Source of the DNA: Thermoplasmatota archaeon
Lineage (GTDB): Archaea > Thermoplasmatota > Thermoplasmata > Halarchaeoplasmatales > Halarchaeoplasmataceae
DNA length: 64,000 bases
Direction: 5' to 3'
Assembly (NCBI GenBank): GCA_018334835.1
Contig: JAGXLF010000001.1
Location: 32,879 to 96,878, forward strand
The notes under the pieces were generated by a model. That model was not told the DNA's origin, made no database searches, and saw only the letters and a program-made list of their open reading frames with translations. Positions 19,466 to 27,797 of the stretch are shown here, piece after piece (within the stretch, counting starts at the first letter, position 1; every line of letters begins with the position of its first letter). Position numbers and translations under genes: made by a program.

Positions 19466-19603
19466 AACTATCACTTGTTCGAGGTATTAAGAGAGTCTAT
19501 ATATATTTTTTGAAAATGTTAATAAATAATTGTGGATGAAAAGCACCTGTTCTATATAGAAAAAAAGGAAGATTTTAAAAGGATATGAAATGAGAAAACA
19601 TGT

Positions 19604-19930
19604 CTATTTTTCCTTAGCCTTTTTCTTAGCTCTTTTCTTCCTTTTTTTAGCTGTGAAACCTGTTGCTTCTCTTAGAAAGTCGTTCCATATCGAGACGGTC
19701 TCGGCTGCGACATCACCATCCACATCCTGATCCATCTCTAGGTCTACCCATAATCCAGTTCTTCCTTCGGTCCAAACTTCCAAATTAGATATCGCACCTT
19801 GGTTCTCGACAATCAATTTGTCTTCTTTCTCTTTTACCTCGCCAAACTTTTGCTTCATCAGCTTTTTCAATTTGTCGCCCTCGATATTCTCAAAGTGACC
19901 TCTTTTCACATCATAACGATTTTTACCCAT
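19604..19930 (-). CDS. Hypothetical small protein with Lys-rich C-terminal tail
   Basis: 108-aa ORF ending in the tail KKRKKRAKKKAKEK. No confident family assignment. Confidence 0.5.
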   Translation of the reverse strand: MGKNRYDVKRGHFENIEGDKLKKLMKQKFGEVKEKEDKLIVENQGAISNLEVWTEGRTGLWVDLEMDQDVDGDVAAETVSIWNDFLREATGFTAKKRKKRAKKKAKEK

Positions 19931-20030
19931 TGTATCGTTGATGAATATCTGTTAGCTTTATTTGAGTTTTGGGTCGAACTTAATCTTCCACCCTGAACTC
20001 TTTTATATCCCTCCTCTATTCACCTTTACC

Positions 20031-21350
20031 ATGAATAGGATTCACGCTAAAGATGCCGTTGAACTAGAAGATGGGTGCAAGTGTAAGTTGGGTGGCTGGC
20101 TTCAGGAGACTAAAAAACTTGGAGGGATAGCTTTCCTAAAGATAAGAGACAGAACAGGTGTCTTTCAGGTAGTTCTCTCGGAAGATGAGATAGGGGAGGA
20201 AACCTTTCAAGAGGCTATCGAGATACCTAGAGAGAGCGTTGTGATGATCGAAGGCGAGAAGAAGGCTACAGATCAAACGGAACTCGGCTTCGAAATAGTT
20301 CCTATTTCTATAAAAGTGGAATCTGAAGCAGAGAAACCTCTTCCATTAGGGGTGGTGGACAAAGTAGATGCGGAGATGGGGACTAGATTCGATAATCGTT
20401 TTCTTGATTTGAGGAAGGAAGAAAAAAGACTCATTTTTGAAATTAGAGATATCCTCTTGGATGGCTTAAGAGATTTTTTCAATCAAGAAGATTTTATAGA
20501 GATCAACACTCCAAAGATCGTTGCGGCCGGAGCTGAAGGCGGCGCGACCCTTTTTGAATTAGATTATTATGGTGAAGAAGCCTATTTGGCCCAGAGTCCG
20601 CAGTTATACAAACAGATGCTCATGGCGTCGGGTTTTGAAAGAGTTTATGAGATCGCCCCCGCCTACAGAGCGGAGGATTTCGCCACGGTAAGACACACTT
20701 CGGAATTTCTCTCTTTAGATTTTGAGATGTCTTTTATAGAGGGTTCTGCAGATATAATGGATATGACGAGTTATATGATCAAACACACCCTTTCTTATGT
20801 AAAGGAACACGGGAAGAAAAAGTTAGATAGGTTGGGAGTTGAACTGGAAATCCCGTCACACCCATTCAAAAAAGTACCCTACCGGGAATGTATAGCGATT
20901 CTTCAGGAAATGGGCAGGGAATGGGAAGAGGAACCCGAGATAGGTACCGAGGAAGAAAAAGTACTCGGCAACTACATAAAAGAAGAATTCGGTACTGATT
21001 TTTTCTTTATCACGGAATTCCCTACTAGGGTTAAAGAAGGTACTTTCTATGCTATGAGAAAAGAGTACGACCCCTCGCTCACTACTTATTTTGACCTAGA
21101 GTATAAGGGGCAGGAGCTGGTATCTGGTGGTCAGAGGGAACACCGATATGAAATACTTGTAGATCAGATGGAAGAAATCGGAATAGACTTGGGGGATTTT
21201 AGTTCTTATTTAGAACCCTTTAAGTATGGCATGCCTACACACGGCGGTATTGGGTTAGGTGTGGATAGACTACTTCAGCAGCTTTTGAATTTAGATAATG
21301 TTCGCGAAGGTATACTTTTCCCTAGAGATCCTAGGCGATTGGAACCCTAG
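20031..21350 (+). CDS. aspS: Aspartyl-tRNA synthetase, archaeal type
   Basis: N-terminal OB anticodon-binding domain and class II motifs (PAYRAED, HGGIGLGVDRL). Start moved to ATG 20031 (MNRIHAKD). Confidence 0.9.
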   Translation: MNRIHAKDAVELEDGCKCKLGGWLQETKKLGGIAFLKIRDRTGVFQVVLSEDEIGEETFQEAIEIPRESVVMIEGEKKATDQTELGFEIVPISIKVESEAEKPLPLGVVDKVDAEMGTRFDNRFLDLRKEEKRLIFEIRDILLDGLRDFFNQEDFIEINTPKIVAAGAEGGATLFELDYYGEEAYLAQSPQLYKQMLMASGFERVYEIAPAYRAEDFATVRHTSEFLSLDFEMSFIEGSADIMDMTSYMIKHTLSYVKEHGKKKLDRLGVELEIPSHPFKKVPYRECIAILQEMGREWEEEPEIGTEEEKVLGNYIKEEFGTDFFFITEFPTRVKEGTFYAMRKEYDPSLTTYFDLEYKGQELVSGGQREHRYEILVDQMEEIGIDLGDFSSYLEPFKYGMPTHGGIGLGVDRLLQQLLNLDNVREGILFPRDPRRLEP

Positions 21351-21394
21351 GGAGATCGTTTCGAAAGATTTGAGGAAAATAGAGCTCTGAAAAT

Positions 21395-21913
21395 ATGGCT
21401 CAAGGAAAATATGAAAGGGAACTGAAAAGCATACTTTCCGGCGATGAAGAGGTTATAGAAAGTCTGACTAAGACATGCAGCGAAGATCAAAAGAAAGATT
21501 ATTATAGAGTGCAGAATATCCCTTTTTTGGTAGTAAGAGGGGCTGGCAGTTTAGGTGTTGATCTCGTGGCAGTGCGAGGTGATGTATCTTTTTTAATAGA
21601 GGTAAAATCATCTAAAGATGACATATTATATCTGAGTGATCAAAAGAGATTGAAAGAACAGGCAGAAAAGATAGAGGAGATATGCACGGATACGAAATTA
21701 CTTCCGGTCTACGCTTATCGATTGAAGAGACATCGAGGCGATAAATGGAGGTTGTTTACTATGGATATAGAGGGGTTGTCTAAGAAGTATAGAGTATTGA
21801 ATAAAAAGTTACCTAGTGTCAAAACAACGGTCCATAATAATTACAAACTTCCCTGGGAAGACGGCATGCCGTTGAGTGAATTTCTAGGTTATCTTGCTCG
21901 TCTATTGGGGTAA
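21395..21913 (+). CDS. hjc: Holliday junction resolvase Hjc-like nuclease
   Basis: The YERELKSIL..FLVVRGAGSLGVDLVAVRGDVSFLIEVKSSK pattern matches the Hjc E..D..EVK catalytic core, with an N-terminal insert. Confidence 0.7.
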   Translation: MAQGKYERELKSILSGDEEVIESLTKTCSEDQKKDYYRVQNIPFLVVRGAGSLGVDLVAVRGDVSFLIEVKSSKDDILYLSDQKRLKEQAEKIEEICTDTKLLPVYAYRLKRHRGDKWRLFTMDIEGLSKKYRVLNKKLPSVKTTVHNNYKLPWEDGMPLSEFLGYLARLLG

Positions 21914-22005
21914 AAGGCGCCATTTGTCAAAAATATCAACAAAGACTAAATATCGTGATAAAAATATTAACAATCCCGTTCCGAGGGATACCGAGGAGAA
22001 AATAG

Positions 22006-23154
22006 ATGCGAAAACTCATATTATGTGCAGACCGAGATGACGACATCGGTGAAAAAACTGGTTTAGAAACTCCTATAATCGGAAGGGAGGAGAACCTACA
22101 AGCAGCAGTAAAACTCGGATTGAAAGACCCAGAAGACTCAGATACCAATTCGATATTATCAGCTATCTCTATATACGATGATTTAAAAGAAAATGGTGAG
22201 GACGTGGAGATAGCAACAATATGTGGAGCTTCTTCGATAGGTTATACATCAGATACGGCTTTGGGGGAGGAGTTGGACTATGTTTTGGAAAAAACTAGTG
22301 CTGATTCCGCGATTCTGGTAACAGATGGGGCAGAAGATGAGTATATCAGCCCAATAATCTCTTCTAAAATAGACATATCTCATATAAGAACTGTATATGT
22401 CAAACAGAGCGAGAGTGTCGAAAACCTCTATTATCTCTTCGTGAAAACTTTCCAGGAAGAGAAATCTAAAAGGAAGTTCCTACTTCCTATATCTCTAGCT
22501 TTGCTCGTTTATGGCTTCTTTAGAATTATCGCTCTACTGAGCAACCTATTCATAGAGGGAGTCGGTGCCCTTACAGGCTTACCAGGATTTGGGGTGGGTA
22601 TAATCTTCTTCGTGATAGGAGGATATATATTTACGAGGATATATGAATTAGATAGGAAAACAGTAGAAGTCTATAAAAATTTGAGGGAAGCTGTAACTAG
22701 CGGTTCAGTTTGGCTACCATTTACTGCGGTTTCTGTCTTGATCGTTATAGGAAGCTCCCTTCAAGGTTGGAGTGAGGTAGTGGCTAATGAGAACCTCACT
22801 TCACCTCTTGAGATAGCACTGAGATTCTCATCTACCGTGATATGGTGGTGGATCGGTGCCGTATTCCTCCATGAGCTTGGAAGGTTGATCGACACATACA
22901 TAAAGAAAGGACGGGTCAAATGGTCATTTTGGGCCGTGTTCTTGACACTCTTTGCATTGACGTTTATATTCTGGGGAGCATTAGATTACATAATGGGTAT
23001 AGTTGGCATGGAGGAGGAGGCGGCCTTTCCGATGGTAGCTATAAATATAACTTTAGGTCTCTTGATAGGGGTGTTGGCTGGACTTACCCAAAGAAGCTTT
23101 AGGGAGCGTCAAAAACGGGAAGAAAAAGCAGGAACAGAAGAAATTACAGATTGA
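22006..23154 (+). CDS. DUF373-family archaeal membrane protein
   Basis: N-terminal soluble domain LILCADRDDDIGEKTG followed by multiple TM helices. Confidence 0.7.
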   Translation: MRKLILCADRDDDIGEKTGLETPIIGREENLQAAVKLGLKDPEDSDTNSILSAISIYDDLKENGEDVEIATICGASSIGYTSDTALGEELDYVLEKTSADSAILVTDGAEDEYISPIISSKIDISHIRTVYVKQSESVENLYYLFVKTFQEEKSKRKFLLPISLALLVYGFFRIIALLSNLFIEGVGALTGLPGFGVGIIFFVIGGYIFTRIYELDRKTVEVYKNLREAVTSGSVWLPFTAVSVLIVIGSSLQGWSEVVANENLTSPLEIALRFSSTVIWWWIGAVFLHELGRLIDTYIKKGRVKWSFWAVFLTLFALTFIFWGALDYIMGIVGMEEEAAFPMVAINITLGLLIGVLAGLTQRSFRERQKREEKAGTEEITD

Positions 23155-23194
23155 TCGAAGAAATTTCTCGGATAGTAGATTTAATAATTGAAAG

Positions 23195-23824
23195 GTGAAA
23201 GATTTGGACTTTGAAGATTGGGAACCACTATACGAGGAAATAATATCGAATTTCGGTTATTCTAAAAAGAAAGATAGAATCTCTGCAGATATTTTAGTTG
23301 AATCTAGAAGCACTGACAGCTTATCTCCTTTGAAAGACCTAAAAAACAAAACGGTAGAGATCGGAGGCCCCTATTTTTCTGAGAGTGATATTGAAACGAC
23401 GGTAGCAGCTGGCGCATCAGTTAGGCAGATGGTAGATAAAGGAGTAGATCCTGACCTAATGGTTACGGACCTAGACGGTGATAATGAACTCCAATTGGAT
23501 CTAAACCTTGAGGGCGTACCTGCGGTCATACATGCACACGGAGATAATATCAAACGGATCGAGGAGTGGGCTGAAAAATTCGAAGGATGTGTTATATCTA
23601 CCTGTCAATGCAGACCTCCAAAAAAAGGGATTTACAACTTCGGGGGTTTTACTGACGGCGATAGAGCATGCTTTCTCGCGGATCATTTTGGTGCTGAAAA
23701 GATAGTGTTGAACGGTTGGGACTTTAGTCACCCCTTTGGAGGGGCAAATTCTGAGAAACTTAAAAAATTGAAATGGGCTGAAAGATTGATAGGAATCTTG
23801 AATATTAAAATAGACCGCATCTGA
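23195..23824 (+). CDS. mptE: 6-hydroxymethylpterin diphosphokinase MptE-like (DUF115)
   Basis: TDLDGD and HAHGDN blocks characteristic of the MptE family. GTG start. Confidence 0.7.
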   Translation: MKDLDFEDWEPLYEEIISNFGYSKKKDRISADILVESRSTDSLSPLKDLKNKTVEIGGPYFSESDIETTVAAGASVRQMVDKGVDPDLMVTDLDGDNELQLDLNLEGVPAVIHAHGDNIKRIEEWAEKFEGCVISTCQCRPPKKGIYNFGGFTDGDRACFLADHFGAEKIVLNGWDFSHPFGGANSEKLKKLKWAERLIGILNIKIDRI

Positions 23825-24018
23825 TTTTCTGTAAGGCCAAAAGAAGGTTGCAAATCTTGATTCCAGAAAAAAATCTACTAGAAGGATAAAGGGGGGAAGA
23901 TTTATTTATAATAGCTCGCATTAGATAAAGAATCAGTCTCGGAGCCGTAAATTGGGTAGGATTGGAAATTAGGCTTCCTCTAGAGGCCTATAGAAAAATC
24001 CTAAAAATGTGATATGTC

Positions 24019-24405
24019 GTGAGCAGAATAACCTTTGAGGGCCTTAAAAAAGCCATCGAAATGGTCTTGGAAGAAAATGATATGGAACCTACGAGAGCCG
24101 AGGATATGGCGGAAAAAGTCATGAATCTATTCGGCTATGATAAAACTATCACGGATAATCTTCTATCTCCGAGAGAAAGAGATACTTTTTATAAATTGGA
24201 AGATCTCGATATACTTTTTACGGAGGAAGAATCTACAAATCTACCCAGCGGAAAGAAATGGAGGATCCATTATTGGGTTTTGAATGAAAAGAAGATAAGA
24301 GAACTATTGGAGGAAGAGCAGGAGATCGAAGATGAAGAGGATACAGAGAAAAAGACGATCTATGAGGATCTATCGGACGAAGTCTGGGAGAGAGGAAGCA
24401 CTTAA
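24019..24405 (+). CDS. Hypothetical acidic protein
   Basis: 128-aa ORF with a GTG start and a KWRIHYWVL block. No confident family. Confidence 0.5.
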   Translation: MSRITFEGLKKAIEMVLEENDMEPTRAEDMAEKVMNLFGYDKTITDNLLSPRERDTFYKLEDLDILFTEEESTNLPSGKKWRIHYWVLNEKKIRELLEEEQEIEDEEDTEKKTIYEDLSDEVWERGST

Positions 24406-24444
24406 AATAATCAAATCATGATCCATTATTGACTTTTTTGACGG

Positions 24445-25620
24445 ATGTTTGATAAAATGGATGATATCAAAGAAAAGGCTGATGAATTGCTCTCCGATGT
24501 GGAACTCAGAATCGAATCTCTTTTTGAGGATTTTGAGATTACTGAGAGTATAGGGGAATTGATGGAGAAGCTCGAAAAAGCAGATAAGTCCTATAGGTTG
24601 GCTTTAGATGATCCAGATATCTATCTTAAATTGGCTTTTGTATGTTTTTCCAATGAAGAATTTGATCGAGCGGAAGCATGGGCGAAAAAGAGCCTGAGAT
24701 TGAAAAATAGTTTTCTTGGATTTTTTATTAAAGGGATCGTCCTCCAAAAGAAGAACGATAATAAAGGAGCGATAGGGGAATATGATGAGGCGCTAAAATA
24801 TGATGAGAAAGCAATAGTCTATCAATATAAGTACAAGGCACTAAAAGATAGAAGCATGCCACAGAGAGCCTTAGACGCCATTGATAAGGCTTTAGAGACG
24901 GAAGAAACTGCGCAACTTTTGGCTGAAAAGGCCGATCTTCTTATAGAAGTTGATAGAGTGGGCGAAGCGAAAGAGCTTTACGATAAAGCCGAAGAGTTAA
25001 ACCCCGATATCAAAAATAGGGAAAGGAAAATTGATGATTTGATGGTGAGGGCAGAAAAAAAGTTGGTTCCAGAGGTCTACGATAAGATTCTAAAATTGGA
25101 TGATGAACACTCTGAAGCATGGCTCGGCAAGGCACGATGTTATTGGGAAATGGATGAAGGTGAAAAAGCAAAAGAGACGATTGAGGGTGCATTGAAGTAT
25201 ATCGACGACGAGAGAATATTGGATAAATTAGAAGAATATAGAGAGAAAGCTGACTCGGCTTTAAAATGTCCAGAATGTGATGGTGATGGAAGATGTTCAA
25301 ATTGTGGGGGTACTGGTGACTGCATAAGTTGTGAGGGGAGTGGGAATTGTCTGGACTGTGATGGGACCGCAGAATGTTTTGACTGTTTAGGCTCTGGTGA
25401 TTGTCCAAACTGTGATGGCGATGGCAAAACAGGTTGGTTTAGTAGATGTGAGGTATGTTCAGGAACGGGCACCTGTCAAACTTGTGAAGGTTATGGTCAT
25501 TGTGTCACCTGCGAAGGAACCGGTGATTGCCAAAGTTGCGGTGGGAACGGTAATTGTGAAGATTGTCAGGGAAGCGGCGTCTGTAAGGTATGTGATGGAA
25601 AGGGAGTCAAAGTCGATTAA
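24445..25620 (+). CDS. TPR-repeat protein with C-terminal array of 12 DnaJ-type CxxCxGxG zinc-finger units
   Basis: The N-terminal ~270 aa have TPR-like helical repeats (AWLGKARCYWEMDEGEKA and similar). The C-terminal 113 aa contain 24 Cys in 12 CxxCxGxG units. Confidence 0.8.
   Translation: MFDKMDDIKEKADELLSDVELRIESLFEDFEITESIGELMEKLEKADKSYRLALDDPDIYLKLAFVCFSNEEFDRAEAWAKKSLRLKNSFLGFFIKGIVLQKKNDNKGAIGEYDEALKYDEKAIVYQYKYKALKDRSMPQRALDAIDKALETEETAQLLAEKADLLIEVDRVGEAKELYDKAEELNPDIKNRERKIDDLMVRAEKKLVPEVYDKILKLDDEHSEAWLGKARCYWEMDEGEKAKETIEGALKYIDDERILDKLEEYREKADSALKCPECDGDGRCSNCGGTGDCISCEGSGNCLDCDGTAECFDCLGSGDCPNCDGDGKTGWFSRCEVCSGTGTCQTCEGYGHCVTCEGTGDCQSCGGNGNCEDCQGSGVCKVCDGKGVKVD
25267..25605 (+). 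repeat. Intragenic 27-nt (9-codon) periodic CxxCxGxG repeat array
   Basis: CPECDGDGR CSNCGGTGD CISCEGSGN CLDCDGTAE CFDCLGSGD CPNCDGDG.. CEVCSGTGT CQTCEGYGH CVTCEGTGD CQSCGGNGN CEDCQGSGV CKVCDGKG. The array generates spurious ORFs in other frames. Confidence 0.85.
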
Positions 25621-25621
25621 T

Positions 25622-26242
25622 ATGGCGGGGATAAAAAAGAAAAATTTGGAAATCCAATTGGAACAGATCCCTGTTCATCCTGATCCTGAGGCCAATTTGG
25701 AGCAATATTCTACACCCTCTTCTATCGCTTCGGATATCCTTTTCAGAGCTTACACTAATGGCCATATAAAAGGTAAAAAAATAGCCGATCTAGGTTGTGG
25801 AACAGGGATTTTTTCGATAGGTTCTGCCTATCTTGGAGCTAAATCGGTTGAGGCGATCGATGTTGATGATAAGGCTATTAGAGTTGCTAAAGAAGAAGCT
25901 GAAAGTTGGTCGGTTTCAGATGTCATCAATTTTGAAGTCGATGATATCAGAGAATTCGAAACCAGGGTCGATACTGTTATAATGAATCCGCCTTTTGGAT
26001 CTCAAAAGAAGGGGGCGGATTTGCCCTTTTTAAAGAAGGCCTTTCAAATATCTAGCGTAGTCTATACCATCCATAATGCAGAGACGAGAGGATTTTTGGA
26101 AAACTTTATAAAAGAGAGAGGACACATTCTCTTTTGGGAAAAAAGATATATGTTTGAAATTAGTAATATGTTCGAATTCCACGACAAAGAAAGAAAAAGT
26201 TTTGAAGTTATATCATTTGGAATAAAGGTTAAGAGGGAATAA
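25622..26242 (+). CDS. RNA N6-adenine methyltransferase-like (METTL5/COG2263-type)
   Basis: Motif I DLGCGTG and motif IV NPPFG. Start moved to ATG 25622 (MAGIKKK), because the 75-codon extension is an alternate frame of the Cys-repeat gene. Confidence 0.8.
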   Translation: MAGIKKKNLEIQLEQIPVHPDPEANLEQYSTPSSIASDILFRAYTNGHIKGKKIADLGCGTGIFSIGSAYLGAKSVEAIDVDDKAIRVAKEEAESWSVSDVINFEVDDIREFETRVDTVIMNPPFGSQKKGADLPFLKKAFQISSVVYTIHNAETRGFLENFIKERGHILFWEKRYMFEISNMFEFHDKERKSFEVISFGIKVKRE

Positions 26243-26243
26243 T

Positions 26244-26825
26244 ATGGTAGAAAACGAAGATAAATTTGTATTTCCAGGAGACGAAGTGGGTATGGCAGAG
26301 GAATGGATCTCGGGCGAGGGCACCTACGAGGATGAAGGTAAGATCCACGCAGCTCACTTTGGTGTTGTAAAATATAATGAAGAAGATCTTGAGGCAAGAG
26401 TTGAAGCGATAAATTCTATCGTGGAAGTCAAAGAGGGCGATATAGTCTACGGTGTGGTAGAAGCTAGAAAAAATTCAATGGCTGTTGTTAGCATCGACAT
26501 GGTGGAAGGTTCTTCTAGAGGTGTGAAGGAGGATATAGAAGCTTCTATCCATATCTCAGAGGTTTCTGACGATTATACCGAAGAACTGGAGGACGAATAT
26601 TTGGTAGGCGATATAGTAAGAGCCAAAGTTGTGCAGGCAGAACCAACCATTAGATTGTCAACGATAGGAAAACAATTTGGGGTCGTCAAAGGGTATTGTT
26701 CGCAATGCAGAAAGGATATGAAATACAAAAAGAATAAATTGTATTGTCCTAGATGTGATATTTACGAGAACAGAAAAATATCGAAAGCATATGGCAAGAT
26801 AAAATTGAAGAGAAAGAATAACTAA
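26244..26825 (+). CDS. csl4: Exosome RNA-binding subunit Csl4
   Basis: N-terminal domain FVFPGDEVG, a central S1 domain, and a C-terminal zinc ribbon CSQC..CPRC. Confidence 0.85.
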   Translation: MVENEDKFVFPGDEVGMAEEWISGEGTYEDEGKIHAAHFGVVKYNEEDLEARVEAINSIVEVKEGDIVYGVVEARKNSMAVVSIDMVEGSSRGVKEDIEASIHISEVSDDYTEELEDEYLVGDIVRAKVVQAEPTIRLSTIGKQFGVVKGYCSQCRKDMKYKKNKLYCPRCDIYENRKISKAYGKIKLKRKNN

Positions 26826-26842
26826 AGGAGCGGTGATCAAAG

Positions 26843-27085
26843 TTGGTCGACGTTGAAAAGGCCTTGATGGCGATTGAAGAAAAGGAGAAATGGGAGGAGA
26901 GGGAAGAGAAAATTTTAGATGAACTGAGAGAAGTGAGAAAGAAAAAGAAAGAGTTGAAAAAGGAGATGAAGAAAATAAAAAGAAGGATCAGTGATTGTGA
27001 AAGTACTCTCCGTTCAATCGGCGGTTCTGATAAAAAAACTTCTGAAGTTTACTTAAATATAACAGAAGAGATGAAAAGGATATAG
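26843..27085 (+). CDS. Coiled-coil miniprotein A
   Basis: 80 aa, almost entirely K/E heptads, TTG start 9-13 nt after a GGAG-type SD. Its stop TAG abuts the next gene's GTG. Confidence 0.5.
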   Translation: MVDVEKALMAIEEKEKWEEREEKILDELREVRKKKKELKKEMKKIKRRISDCESTLRSIGGSDKKTSEVYLNITEEMKRI

Positions 27086-27322
27086 GTGCAAAGAATGGCA
27101 AGGAGACAAGAGATTAAAAATCTAAGAGATGAAATCAGAGGGTATATGGAAAAATATTGGGAGATAAAAGGAAGGGTAAAAGAATTAGAGGAGCGAGAAG
27201 AAGATTTGAAAGAGGAACTAAAAAGGGTCAAAGAACATTTATCATACTATGAATCTTTGGTTTCAGATATGAAAAAAGAGATGGATACTAAGAAGCCTAC
27301 TGATGTTTTTGAAGATTTATGA
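27086..27322 (+). CDS. Coiled-coil miniprotein B (apparent paralog of A)
   Basis: 78 aa with K/E heptads. Shared C-terminal pattern: ISDCESTLRSI versus LSYYESLVSDM. Start at GTG 27086 or ATG 27095. Confidence 0.5.
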   Translation: MQRMARRQEIKNLRDEIRGYMEKYWEIKGRVKELEEREEDLKEELKRVKEHLSYYESLVSDMKKEMDTKKPTDVFEDL

Positions 27323-27404
27323 ATAATAACTGTGAAAGTTTAAATATGTAAAGGATGATTGACTTAATTGCCATTTGCGTCCCTAACAAAAGGAGCGTGT
27401 TAAT

Positions 27405-27797
27405 ATCAAAGCAAAAGATGAAATCGATGAAATATTAAGAAGATATGGTTCTAAAAAAGAAGTCGATGCGATCGCTCTCAGTTCTAAGAACGGCGTGCCG
27501 ATTGCTTCCCATCTCAAGAAAGAAGAAGAAAACGAAAGTTTTAGCACTCTTTCAGCGACGATGTTAGGAGCTAGCGAAGTTATATTCTCAGGATTCGAGA
27601 GGGAGGATCCTGATTTTATTGTTGGGTACTCTGACGATTCGGTTCTTCTCATAAAGGAGGTCGGTTCTAACACGGTCCTGTCTATTCTCGGTGATTCTGA
27701 CAAAGAGAAAGAAATGATGGAGGAGATGGAGGAGATGGCCTCCAAACTCTCCGAACTTGAAGAAACTTTCAAAACAATGGAGGTCTTGAAAAAATGA
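27405..27797 (+). CDS. Roadblock/LC7 (MglB-like) domain protein, start codon unresolved
   Basis: The DEILRRYGSKKEVDAIALSSKNGVPIASHL..LLIKEVGSNTVLSILG pattern is typical of Roadblock/LC7. The domain extends about 30 codons upstream of the first canonical start (GTG 27495). No ATG, GTG or TTG lies in frame after the stop at 27384-27386. SD AGGAG is at 27391-27395. Confidence 0.7.
   Translation: MKAKDEIDEILRRYGSKKEVDAIALSSKNGVPIASHLKKEEENESFSTLSATMLGASEVIFSGFEREDPDFIVGYSDDSVLLIKEVGSNTVLSILGDSDKEKEMMEEMEEMASKLSELEETFKTMEVLKK

Noticed and set aside
25010-25621. ORFs 25010..25408(-) and 25140..25472(-), and the 75-codon N-terminal extension of ORF 25397..26242
   Set aside because: These are alternate frames of the 27-nt periodic CxxCxGxG repeat. 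Periodicity suppresses stop codons in other frames. The methyltransferase has a good start at 25622.
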